From contig NC_068981.1 in assembly GCF_001194135.2 (NCBI RefSeq), positions 183,780,592-183,822,718 on the forward strand: a DNA stretch of 42,127 bases, read 5' to 3'. The stretch comes from Octopus bimaculoides. Lineage: Eukaryota. The notes beneath the pieces were generated by a model. It saw only the letters and a list, made by a program, of their open reading frames with translations, was not told where the DNA came from and ran no database searches. Of this stretch, positions 26,301 through 35,104 are shown in pieces; within the stretch, counting starts at the first letter, position 1; each line of letters begins with the position of its first letter. Made by a program: the position numbers and the translations under genes.

Positions 26301-28526
26301 TAATAGTAATCCTTTCTATTATAGGCACAAGGCCTGAAATTTGGGGATGGGGTTAAGTTGATTACATCGACCCCAATGCTCAACTGGTACTTAATGTATC
26401 GACTCCGAAAGGATGAAAGGCATAGTCGACCTTGGCAGAATTTGAACTCAGAACACAGCAACGAGTGAAATACCGCTAAGCATTTCATCCAGCATGCTAA
26501 CAATTCTGCCAGTTCGCCACCAATATTAATAATAATAATAATAAATGAAATACTCACTCTGATAAAAGTGGAAATATTGTCCATGCACCAGTAATTGGCC
26601 ATTTCTTGTGAGTAAAGAATAGTTTAGGTTTTTCATTCTAAGAAATATGAAATCATAAAAGAGAAGTTAGACATATATATAACAATAAGCTAATATTAAA
26701 GGGAGAGGGTCATGTGATAATATTTTTTACATAATATTTTTTACATTATTTACATTTGACGGATATTTGTCCTCATCTTGTTTGTTGTTAACAAATTTTG
26801 ACTGATATACCCTCTAGCCTTATTCAGGTATCTTGGGGAAATTTTGAACCTGGGTTCTCATTCCTAAGGTATTTTTCAATGTTATTATTATTGTTCTTAT
26901 TATTGTTCAGGTCATTGCTTGGAATTGAACTCAAAATCTTGGAGTTAGTAGCCCACGATCTTNNNNNNNNNNAGGTATCTTGGGGAAATTTTGAACCTGG
27001 GTTCTCATTCCTAAGGTATTTTTCAATGTTATTATTATTGTTCTTATTATTGTTCAGGTCATTGCTTGGAATTGAACTCAAAATCTTGGGGTTAGTAGCC
27101 CACGATCTTAACCACTATGCCATATACCCATATGACACCTGAAGAAGGCTGGAGGGTATATCAGCCGAAACGTTGTGTTAACAACAAACAAGATGAGGAC
27201 AAGTATCCGTCTAATGTAAATAATGTAGATAATTCATCTCTTAAATATAGAAATGTGATAATACAGTTATCTGATGCTTAACCTTGTAATTATCATCAAA
27301 AGATACAAAAACAATATAAATAGGGGGAATACACTGAATATAGTACAAAGAGTCTGGTATATGTCAACATCACACATCTAAATACTGATATCAAGTTGGG
27401 AGATCAGGCAACTGGCTGTAAAGGATCTACCTCAGTGAATTCCATTTCACTTTTGCAAACATGGCTCAAGTCACAAATCAGGAGTGAGGGATTAATCAAT
27501 TACATTGATCTGGTGCTCGATTTAATTGACCCCTGATGCATGAAAGGCAAAGCTAACAATCCAGGGACTAACCATGGCTAAACACCACCAAAACTCAGCA
27601 GTGGACACTCATACGGGAAGCTCTATGTACAAGAAAAAATTAGGAACTCAAAATCTGTTACCTTTGAAACAGCTTTCAGTTGGTTGTAGAAGTCCTTTTT
27701 AAATTGCTTTGCTCTTTCTGAGTGGAAGGTAGTATCTTGTGTAAGGATGACAAAAACAATGTCTTTTAAGGCTGAAAGACAATAACAACAATAATAACAA
27801 TAATAATAATAATAATAATAATCCTTTCTATTATAGGGCACAATGGCTTAAATTTGGGGGAGGGGGATAGTCAACTACATCGACCCCAATACTCAACTGG
27901 TACTTAATTTATTGACCCTGGAAGGATGAAAGGTAAAGTCGACCTCAGCGGAATTTGAACTCAGAGCGTAATGACGGNNNNNNNNNNNNNNNNNNNNNNN
28001 NNNNNNNNNNNNNNNNNNNNNNNNNNNNNNNNNNNNNNNNNNNNNNNNNNNNNNNNNNNNNNNNNNNNNNNNNNNNNNNNNNNNNNNNNNNNNNNNNNNN
28101 NNNNNNNNNNNNNNNNNNNNNNNNNNNNNNNNNNNNNNNNNNNNNNNNNNNNNNNNNNNNNNNNNNNNNNNNNNNNNNNNNNNNNNNNNNNNNNNNNNNN
28201 NNNNNNNNNNNNNNNNNNNNNNNNNNNNNNNNNNNNNNNNNNNNNNNNNNNNNNNNNNNNNNNNNNNNNNNNNNNNNNNNNNNNNNNNNNNNNNNNNNNN
28301 NNNNNNNNNNNNNNNNNNNNNNNNNNNNNNNNNNNNNNNNNNNNNNNNNNNNNNNNNNNNNNNNNNNNNNNNNNNNNNNNNNNNNNNNNNNNNNNNNNNN
28401 NNNNNNNNNNNNNNNNNNNNNNNNNNNNNNNNNNNNNNNNNNNNNNNNNNNNNNNNNNNNNNNNNNNNNNNNNNNNNNNNNNNNNNNNNNNNATATATTT
28501 ATATATGTATATATATATGTGTATGT

Positions 28527-28558
<32 letters not shown>

Positions 28559-29538
28559 ATTTGTCCCCCAACATCACTTGACAACCGATGCTGGTGTGTT
28601 TACGTCCCCCGTAACTTAGCGGTTCGGCAAAAGAGACCAATAGAATAAGTACTAGGCTTACAAAGAATAAGTCCTGGGGTCGATTTGCTTGACTAAAGGC
28701 AGTGCTCCAGTATGGCCACAGTCAAATGACTGAAACAGGTAAAAGAGTAAAAGAGTCAGAATGTAAAGACAGAAGCAATGCCGCCTAGCATTTTTCTCAG
28801 TATGCCAACCCCCGATGTAATAATAACTCTAATTTTGGTACAACACCTTAATAATTCCATTTCTTTGCCAATAAGGTCCATTCGTGCATACAAAACATTA
28901 ACTAAAGGGTTTAGTAGACTAATATTAATGATAATAATAAAAAAACATATATTTATTGATGTCAGATGGTAACAGATTGTTTATACTTCATACAATGACA
29001 TACGAAGTTCGCCCATCAAGTAAATCTGTTTAAAGTAATCAAAAGATGACACATATTTATATTTCATAATTACAGTCTTCTTTGAAGGGTTTGTATGTAC
29101 GCACATATATGCGAGACTGAATGAATAAGCATTCACTGGTGGGGGGGGGGTGTAATTATGTATCAGAGGTTGGTATATATACATATATAGGCTGTTGTGT
29201 ATGCTTATGTGTCATATATGTGTGTGTGAGTGCAGGTATATATGTGTATATCTACCTTTGTATATGCCTTGTATATACAGATTTGATTTTAAGTGCATGT
29301 AGATATAGAAACTATTGGAGATATGTGTGCGAGTGTGTAAGCCTACATAGGTATGCTTGTCTATGTGTATTCTACTTTATGTAAGCACTTATATGTAAAA
29401 AGAGATTGTGAAGTTGCTTGTAGGTAAAAGCATATAAATGTAGTTATGTCTTTTCCCCTCATCTCTACATACATACACACACACAGTCAGAAACACACAC
29501 ACACACACATGTACATACTCAGACACACACACATACAT

Positions 29539-29580
<42 letters not shown>

Positions 29581-32500
29581 ACATATTCAGACACACACAC
29601 ATACATACATATTTAGACACACACACACGTACATATTCAGACACACACACATACATACATATTTAGACACACACACATACACACACACATACATATTTAG
29701 ACACACACACACACATACATATTCAGACACACACACACACACACATGTACATATTCAGACACACACACACACACATGTACATATTCAGACACACACACAC
29801 ACACACACACATGTACATATTCAGACACACACACACACACACGTACATATTCAGACACACACACACACACACATATTCAGACACACACACACACACNNNN
29901 NNNNNNNNNNNNNNNNNNNNNNNNNNNNNNNNNNNNNNNNNNNNNNNNNNNNNNNNNNNNNNNNNNNNNNNNNNNNNNNNNNNNNNNNNNNNNNNNNNNN
30001 NNNNNNNNNNNNNNNNNNNNNNNNNNNNNNNNNNNNNNNNNNNNNNNNNNNNNNNNNNNNNNNNNNNNNNNNNNNNNNNNNNNNNNNNNNNNNNNNNNNN
30101 NNNNNNNNNNNNNNNNNNNNNNNNNNNNNNNNNNNNNNNNACATAGACATACACAAACACACACACACATTTCTCTGACATCTTTCCAGAAAAAATATGG
30201 AACTAATATTAGAATCAATTACCAATTTACTTTAAAAAAAAAAAAAAATGAAACTTTAGATGTCTAATTAGTATAGCATATTATGAATAAATTATACATT
30301 ATATGAATGGGGTGGGGGCGAGATGGTTCTTGTAGGTTGTTGGAGAGTTACAGAAAAATGTAGTTTTAAATTTTGTATGAGGTACGGGTGAGAGGTGAAT
30401 AAGTTGGGTTACTTCACAACGCCCAAATAATGAAAAGGAAACGAAGTTGGAATTTATACCCAGAATTATTACAAGACTAACAGTTGCAAAGAATTTAGCT
30501 TGCTAATTATTGTTTCATAACAACAACAACACCAGCAACAATTTTGTATTGAAAGAAGGCTACCAATTAATACACAAGATTGAATTTAATCATTCACACA
30601 TGTCTTGGTGCTTATCTTATCGTCCCAAATACAGCATAAGGTGAAGTCAGTACAAGCAGGATTCGAACACAGAACATATAAAGGCGAGAGACATAGAATT
30701 GATACACGGTGGGAAAAGCATGGTTGTGAGGTTAAGAAGTTTGCTTCTCAACCACATGGTTCTTAGTTCAGTCCCATTGCATGGCACTTTGGGCAAATGT
30801 CTTCTGTTATAGACCTGGAACAACCAATGCTTTACGAGTGAATTTGGTAGTTGAAAACTGTATGGAAGCCTATCACGTGTAAATATTTGTGTGTATGTGC
30901 ATGTGTTTGTCCCCCGAACTACCATCGCTTGACGATGGTGTTAGTTTGTTTACATCCTTGTAACTTAATGGTTCAGCAAAAGAGTTCTGTAGAATAAGTG
31001 TCCAACTTAGAAAAGTACTGGGATTGATTTGTTCAACTAAAACCCTTCAAGATGGGGCCCAGCATAGCCACAGTCCAATGACTGAACAAGTAAAATAATG
31101 AAAGAGAGTTTCATAAGCTAATGCTTCTGTCTGTCTGTCTGAACTCAGAACATAAAGACAGATGAAACACTGCTAAGCATTTCTTCCTGCCAGCTCGCCG
31201 CCTTCACACTTCAGTAGTATTGTTATAATAATTCTTTAAGGTAGCAAGCTGCTTAGCAGCATTTCCTGTCTTTACGTTCTGAGTTCAAATCCCGTTGAGG
31301 TCAACTTTGTCTTTCATTTTTTCGAGGTTGAGAAAATGAGTACCAGTTACATGCTGGGGTTGATGTAATCGACTCGCACCCGCCCCCAAAATTCCAGGCT
31401 TTGTGCCTATAGCAGAAAGGAGCATTAATAACAATTCTAATTTTGGCACAAGGCTAACAACTTCAGGAGAAGGGGTACGTCAATTACATTGACTCCCCAA
31501 TATTCAACTGGTACTTATTTTATCAAACCTGAAAGGAAGAAAGGCAAAGTGGATCTTGGCAGAATTTGAACTCAGAATGTAAGGATGAACAAAATACCAC
31601 AAAGCATTTTACCCAACATGCCAACAGTTCTACCAGCTCATGCCTTAACCCATTAGTGCCCAATTTTTTTTATGTGATTTATTACCAAAAATTTTTTTTT
31701 TAAAGAACTTTATCTGATACTAAATATATAAAAATATTTTTATTATAATATTTGAAAGACACTCCAGTTTTGATGACTGACTAAAGATATCTCAGAAAAA
31801 TACAGGTGTTGCAGAAATATGATTCAATATCCTTCTGGTCCTAAAAAAAGGACCATGGGTGTTAATGGGTTAATAATAATAATAATAATAATAATGGTTT
31901 CAAATTTTGGCACAAGGCTAGGAATTTTAGGGAAGATGCTAGTTGATTACAGCAACCCCAGTCTTCAACTGGTACTTAATCAACCCCTGAAAGGACGAAA
32001 GGCAAAGTCGACCTTGGTGGAATTTAAACCCAGAAAGTGCAGACAGACGAAATATTGCTGAGCATTTAGCCCGGCATGCTAACAAGTCTGCCAGCTCACC
32101 ACCTTAATAATAATAATTTAGACAAGTCCAGCAGTGGTTAGCCAATATCATCAATACTTGCCTGCGATTTTAATTTTATTGATCCCAGAGGGATGAAATG
32201 ACTTAGGCTTTCTTCCTTCCAGGGTTCTAATTCAGACTCAAGACCAGCAATTTAGAAGGAAAAGAGTAAATAAATTACACTGAGCAGTAATTGATTGGTA
32301 TTTAATATTTGACTGGTATTTAATTTTCTCAGCTCCAGAGTGATGAAAAACAGAGATGACGTCAATGGAGTTCAAACTGGTGGCAAGGACCCAAGATGTT
32401 GGGGGAACAAAACAAGGAGGTGGGGGCAAAACACAAACAAACAAGAAACAGTTTGATGAAGTGAACAATAATAATAATAAAGACTCGTCAATAAACAGAT

Positions 32501-34469
32501 AATAAATAGAACAGTCGAGAATAAAAATAACAAGAAAGGGATCCTCAAAATGGGAATAACAAAGACGAACTCGGAGGAATTTGAACTCAATGATTCTGCT
32601 AGCTCCCCACCTTTAGCAATCCTAATATATTACTGGTACTTATTTGTTGTCAGCATTTGCGTTACCCAAAATGGGGAGGAGGTATGACCTGAGGGGAAAA
32701 TAGGCTGCTGTTTCTAGCAAGTCAGACGACTACATAGAAGTGATCTCGATCGTTTCACTGGTTACTTTATTTTACTAAACCCAACGCGATTCAATAATAA
32801 TAGTTTCTGTATTTGGTGCAGAAGCAACAAGAGTGGTACAACTGGCGAGTACACACAACGTTGTAAGAAAATTTCGAAATATATCCGATATAATTCCACT
32901 CGGTTATAGCAGTACCAATAACCAATATACTTATTCACTTCAAGGTCGGTATTATTAAGGTCCGACAGCGAGGAGAGAGATGTGTATGTATGTGGGTGTA
33001 TAAATCCCTGTGGACTTATAATAATATACATTGTTTAACCAACCATCAGACAATCATTACCAAAAAGGTTAATGTCGGGTAATAAAGTAAACATTAACCA
33101 AAAAATCTTTTCGGAATGTATACGACTAATGTTTGTTGTATATATTTTACCGTAATATTCCAGTTTTAAATGTTGTTTTTTTTTAAACTTATACTATCTG
33201 TTTTAATTTACGACTACTGGGAAAAAAATCATTCCAAGGGCAGGTGTTTGATTGAAATAAAAAAAAAAACACTATAGTTGTAAATTGAAAGACGGAAATT
33301 TTAAAGTCATTGTTATCATTCCAGAAATAAAACAAACTTTGTATACAGTTATATATATGTATTTACGAATCTACAAAAACTAAAGGGCGGGAAGGGTATA
33401 ATGAAGATGTAAAAAAAAAAGTGGGGGCTGTTAAGAACATTGTAGTATTATTGTTGTCAAAAGAATAGGGGACATCTGAACTTCCTAAGTTTTGCCTGCC
33501 TCACTTTTTCGAATTTAAATCAGGCCGGCGTCAATTTTACCCTTAACCAGATTCACTGTATCGAAACAATAAGTAACATTTATCATTTAATTAATTACAA
33601 CGAAAGATCGCCAAAAAAAATTTTCTTAATAGGGGGCTTGAAATTAGTTTAAAAAATCGATGTTCATAAAGCAATAATGTTTGGAAAAAAGGGTCATCCG
33701 TAGCGAAGCCAAGTGCTGCGAACCGGTTTCAATTCTCAAATAGAGCTATTTCGGTCTTAGCGCAATTTTTTTTTCTCCCCTAAAGGGGTATGCCATGAAT
33801 ATATCCTATTATATTACCCCTTACTCAACAAAATAGACGTTTTATATCTGGTGAAAATAAAGCATCTTATTTTAATTAAAACAGAGATTACATTCCAGTT
33901 GTTGTTGGTATTTAACCCTAGAAGAGATTCGATAAAGTGTTTCCAACCTGAATATTCCAGTCTTTTTTTTTTTTTTTTTAAGCAGTAAGGTGTGAGGTGA
34001 TGGAAATTTGGCAGTTGTTTCTAGCAGTTCGAGCAACTACGTAGAAGATCCTTTGGCAATTTCAGCTAGCAAGACGGTTTCGATACACGGTTCCAGCTAA
34101 TTCGTTTCACTTACGCCGCTAATGTCTTTAAAATAATACCTGAACATCATACAATCTCATATTTGTTTTACTATAAATTTGAGACCTCTGTAACTGCGTA
34201 AGAAATTATAATTCCATTTACTTACCAAGATTTTCGGTTCCATTGGAAGTTTGAGGGTCAGCGAGAACTTCGGCTGAGAGGGGAAGACAAACGAAGAATT
34301 AGACAGAAGAAACAGCGAAGAAAAAAAAATCATCAAGAGAAATCCAAACGGATTGAATATTAATTCATTGAAGTAGCAGTTTATATCCTAAGACTGCATT
34401 ACCTTGCCTTAACGATGATAATAATATTAGAAGACAGGTTAGGACGGACATAAGTTGAAGCAGAATCAT
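1462..34469 (-). CDS. B3GLCT: Beta-1,3-glucosyltransferase (GT31/Fringe-like), 14 coding exons, 474 aa, ER-luminal
   Basis: Exons hand-spliced: 34403-34469, 34226-34273, 27662-27771, 26558-26637, 19835-19943, 14685-14821, 13323-13386, 12631-12744, 8885-8954, 7134-7247, 6473-6575, 5292-5414, 2860-3007, 1462-1599. Total 1425 nt, open frame, all GT-AG, phases consistent. Motifs GAWT, VKTC, IVDDDT, GERYGYG, YITGGGG and FHKHW match B3GLCT as I recall it. Confidence 0.96.
2390..2760 (+). mobile_element. tRNA-derived SINE, family A
   Basis: Head ggcgcaggagtggctgtgtggtaagtagc, internal (TA/TG)n, tail gtaaaagag. Other copies: 15791-16170 (+), 17461-18258 (+), 22797-23095 (+), 28493-28756 (+), 30716-31105 (+), 12255-12425 (-), 21265-21400 (-), 23805-23930 (-). 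Confidence 0.85.
2860..3007 (-). CDS. B3GLCT: B3GLCT exon 13
   Basis: [49 protein letters not shown]; cag acceptor and gtaaa donor; 148 nt. Confidence 0.96.
3235..3540 (+). repeat. Purine-rich degenerate minisatellite (GAGAGGGACGTGAGAGGAGGG-like)
   Basis: Repeated gggacgtgag units on both sides of a gap. Confidence 0.7.
4247..5222 (+). repeat. 22-bp minisatellite (ATAGGACACAATGCATACAGCA)n in intron 12
   Basis: More than 30 visible units on both sides of a gap; source of the Cys/Tyr-rich spurious ORFs. Confidence 0.95.
5292..5414 (-). CDS. B3GLCT: B3GLCT exon 12
   Basis: [40 protein letters not shown](G); cag acceptor and gtatg donor; 123 nt. Confidence 0.96.
5760..6155 (+). repeat. ~48-bp degenerate tandem repeat
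   Basis: Unit approximately gggtgcatttatgtgccaccagcatgggtgccaatttgcgtgacacca, about 7 copies. Confidence 0.75.
6473..6575 (-). CDS. B3GLCT: B3GLCT exon 11 (catalytic DDD)
   Basis: [33 protein letters not shown](S); cag acceptor and gtaag donor; 103 nt. Confidence 0.95.
7134..7247 (-). CDS. B3GLCT: B3GLCT exon 10
   Basis: [37 protein letters not shown](G); tag acceptor and gtaat donor; 114 nt. Confidence 0.95.
7330..7490 (+). mobile_element. RTE-type 3' tail repeat, family C, ending in (GAT)n
   Basis: ttaggaagggcatc.agctgtagaaac..catggaaagc.gacgttaaacgatgatgatg. Other copies: 3575-3760 (-), 5530-5680 (+), 8650-8735 (+), 12940-13150 (-), 14870-15185 (-), 20365-20640 (-), 20680-20776 (-), 24060-24520 (-), 25955-26280 (-). 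Confidence 0.8.
8885..8954 (-). CDS. B3GLCT: B3GLCT exon 9
   Basis: [23 protein letters not shown](I); cag acceptor and gtaag donor; 70 nt. Confidence 0.95.
9041..9773. mobile_element. hAT (Charlie-type) MITE with nested SINE
   Basis: Ends CAGTGTTTCCCAACC..GGTTGAAATTTCTG; 8-bp TSD ctttagag (9033-40) / ctttagat (9774-81). Confidence 0.7.
10590..11910 (-). mobile_element. SINE family A copy with greatly expanded internal (CA/TA) microsatellite spanning a gap
   Basis: Head at ~11770-11910 and tail at ~10590-10790 on the minus strand, separated by CA-rich repeats and Ns. Confidence 0.65.
12631..12744 (-). CDS. B3GLCT: B3GLCT exon 8
   Basis: [38 protein letters not shown]; aag acceptor after a pyrimidine tract and gtaag donor; 114 nt. 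Confidence 0.93.
13323..13386 (-). CDS. B3GLCT: B3GLCT exon 7
   Basis: [21 protein letters not shown]; tag acceptor and gtaaa donor; 64 nt. Confidence 0.94.
14135..14476 (-). mobile_element. tRNA-derived SINE, family D
   Basis: Minus-strand head gtgaaggcgcatggctcagtggttagagc with B-box gagttcgaatcc. Other copies: 9070-9411 (-), 16365-16545 (+, partial). Confidence 0.85.
14685..14821 (-). CDS. B3GLCT: B3GLCT exon 6
   Basis: [45 protein letters not shown](S); cag acceptor and gtaag donor; 137 nt. Not in the ORF track. Confidence 0.95.
15667..16296. mobile_element. hAT-type MITE with nested SINE
   Basis: TIRs CAGAGGTTCTCAAC / GTTGAGGGCCACTG; flanks atttcgac / atttagat (6 of 8 match). Confidence 0.62.
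15791..16170 (+). mobile_element. SINE family A nested in hAT MITE
   Basis: Same head, body and tail as 2390-2760. Confidence 0.85.
17461..18258 (+). mobile_element. SINE family A with ~470-bp (TA/TG) microsatellite
   Basis: Head 17461-17620, microsatellite 17625-18090, tail to ~18258. Confidence 0.85.
18885..19425 (+). repeat. CA-based compound minisatellite (CACACACTCGTACGCATG / CACACATACACGTGCATC)
   Basis: Two consecutive unit types of about 18-22 bp. Confidence 0.85.
19835..19943 (-). CDS. B3GLCT: B3GLCT exon 5
   Basis: [36 protein letters not shown]; tag acceptor and gtagg donor; 109 nt. Confidence 0.94.
20155..20342 (+). repeat. 20-bp tandem repeat (GACACATGAGCAGACCACAT)n
   Basis: Near-identical units on both sides of a 10-N gap. 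Confidence 0.92.
23568..23615 (-). ncRNA. Minimal type I hammerhead motif (PLE family 2)
   Basis: Minus strand reads GTCT-CTGATGA-A-GGGATA-TCCATAA-TATCCC-A-GAAA-CAGCTG-TA-AGAC. Helix I GTCT/AGAC; palindromic ACAGCTGT; GUA triplet; A.A instead of G-C next to the core. Confidence 0.68.
23647..23693 (+). ncRNA. Minimal type I hammerhead motif (PLE family 2), inverted partner copy
   Basis: TCT-CTGATGA-AA-GGATA-GCCATAA-TATCC-CA-GAAA-CAGCTG-TA-AGAC. Confidence 0.62.
24905..25152 (-). mobile_element. PLE pseudo-LTR containing a tRNA-like segment and a hammerhead
   Basis: Follows the EN stop directly. tRNA-like segment 25052-25123 with A-box TGGCATAGTGG (25106-16) and B-box GAGTTCGATTC (25063-73), then (AAT)n, then the hammerhead. 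Confidence 0.75.
24969..25014 (-). ncRNA. Hammerhead motif (PLE family 1), core intact, helix I damaged
   Basis: Minus strand reads GAATC-CTGATGA-A-GGCTG-GAAGGTATAT-CAGCC-GAAA-TG-TT-GTGTT. A deletion relative to the 26.8-27.1 kb copy removed the GACAC strand of helix I. Confidence 0.6.
25153..25618 (-). pseudogene. Penelope-like element GIY-YIG endonuclease remnant
   Basis: Minus strand: ..[24 protein letters not shown] / [30 protein letters not shown] / [25 protein letters not shown]. One internal stop and two frameshifts; VYxIPC..YxGET is the PLE GIY-YIG signature. Confidence 0.85.
26558..26637 (-). CDS. B3GLCT: B3GLCT exon 4
   Basis: [26 protein letters not shown](D); tag acceptor and gtgag donor; 80 nt. 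Confidence 0.93.
26787..26832 (-). ncRNA. Degenerate hammerhead motif (PLE family 1)
   Basis: Minus strand reads GATAC-CTGAATA-A-GGCTA...CAGTC-AAAA: core mutated and GAAAC lost; clearly homologous to 27134-27179. Confidence 0.45.
27134..27179 (+). ncRNA. Minimal type I hammerhead ribozyme motif (PLE family 1), intact-looking
   Basis: Helix I GACAC (27134-38) / GTGTT (27175-79); core CTGAAGA (27139-45); one extra A; helix II GGCTG / CAGCC; GAAA (27167-70); palindromic ACGT in place of helix III; GUU triplet, predicted cut after 27174. Confidence 0.75.
27662..27771 (-). CDS. B3GLCT: B3GLCT exon 3
   Basis: (A)[36 protein letters not shown]; cag acceptor and gtaac donor; 110 nt. Confidence 0.93.
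29470..30170 (+). repeat. CA-rich compound repeat ((CA)n-TGTACATATTCAGA)
   Basis: Repeating acatattcagac anchor with variable (CA)n; spans a gap. Confidence 0.88.
31649..31869. mobile_element. piggyBac-type MITE
   Basis: TTAA|CCCATTAGTGCC..GGGTGTTAATGGG|TTAA; TTAA at 31645-48 and 31870-73; 221 bp, non-coding. Confidence 0.75.
33600..33735 (+). mobile_element. Possible Helitron-like 3' terminal fragment
   Basis: tagggggcttgaaatt..ccgtagcgaagccaagtgctgcg resembles the GCGAAGCCGGG hairpin of Helitron-type ends; the terminal CTAG is missing. Confidence 0.3.
34226..34273 (-). CDS. B3GLCT: B3GLCT exon 2
   Basis: Branch-like ctaat (34298-34302), polypyrimidine tract and cag acceptor; (A)[15 protein letters not shown]; donor G|gtaag; phase 1-1, which joins exon 1 to exon 3 in frame. 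Confidence 0.82.
34403..34469 (-). CDS. B3GLCT: B3GLCT exon 1 (signal peptide)
   Basis: ATG at 34469; [22 protein letters not shown] + G; donor G|gtaat, phase 1; hydrophobic signal-like sequence. Confidence 0.85.
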
Positions 34470-34570
34470 GCTTGGTTTAGCAACACAAGTTGACAAGCTA
34501 CGATTACTTCCTAACCAATCAAATTGTAGCTTATATATAATAGTTCTATATTATTTGTAACGTCATCGAC
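34470..34570 (-). promoter_or_regulatory. Candidate B3GLCT proximal promoter / 5' UTR
   Basis: Within ~100 bp of the ATG: ETS-like ACTTCC (~34506), AACCAATCA (~34513), palindromic TTATATATAA (34531-34540), half-CRE ACGTCA (~34560). TSS unknown; motif matches only. Confidence 0.35.
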
Positions 34571-35104
34571 CATTTGTCTGTTGACATTTAAGTGTAAACT
34601 AATACAAACACACGTGTCAGAGTATTGTTTAAACAATACAGAGTGTGAGGAATTTCTCTCGAGACACAGATCTAAGTGTCTGAGCAATTAGCAATTAGTC
34701 GTCTCTAATGGAGAAAACTCGTGTTCAAAGGAATGCCAGCATTAATTCGACTTTTCCTTAGAACTAGCATATCTAAGATTACATTATCCATTGTCATCCG
34801 TTTTTTAAGACAGTAGGGTGTAATCTGAGAGCAATTTGGCTGCTATTTCTAGCAGGCCGAGATACCAGTTAGAGACTCCTTAACGGACTGTTAGTTTCAG
34901 AATACAAAACTGCGAATTCTTTAAAAGTAGTAGTCACACACACACACACACACACACAGATATTACAGGTAACTAAGTGAATAAGTAAAACTCTGATACT
35001 TTATTTATTTTACAAAATTAAATTAGAAAATTAGACAAAACAGAGAAAATAACTAAAACAATTCACCACCTTGGGTTAAAAGGTTGGGGTGCTGGGAAAC
35101 CTCT

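Larger units (their letters stand above)
26742..27230. mobile_element. Non-coding PLE family 1 insertion: minus-strand pLTR with tRNA-like head plus inverted pLTR fragment
   Basis: 26742-26832 and 27134-27228 are reverse complements. Between them is the same tRNA-like/(AAT)n segment seen at 25.0-25.1 kb. No coding remnant. Confidence 0.75.

Noticed and set aside
26824-27110. ~140-bp direct duplication around the 10-N gap
   Set aside because: Near-identical sequence on both sides of a placeholder gap is most likely unmerged contig overlap, not a real tandem pLTR.
635-30225. Long ORFs in the track rich in H/T/C/V/Y or X (e.g. 4007-5467, 10757-11800, 17454-18132, 18812-19503, 27945-28648)
   Set aside because: They are translations of microsatellites, minisatellites and N gaps. 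The only real coding part is B3GLCT exon 12 inside 4007-5467.
32762-33031. 89-aa minus ORF as a possible signal-peptide exon
   Set aside because: No compatible splice sites or phase, and a better exon 1-2 pair exists at 34.2-34.5 kb.
34226-34333. Alternative single first exon [16 protein letters not shown]
   Set aside because: It ends in phase 0, incompatible with exon 3 (phase 1). Its 5' half is better explained as the branch point and polypyrimidine tract of intron 1.
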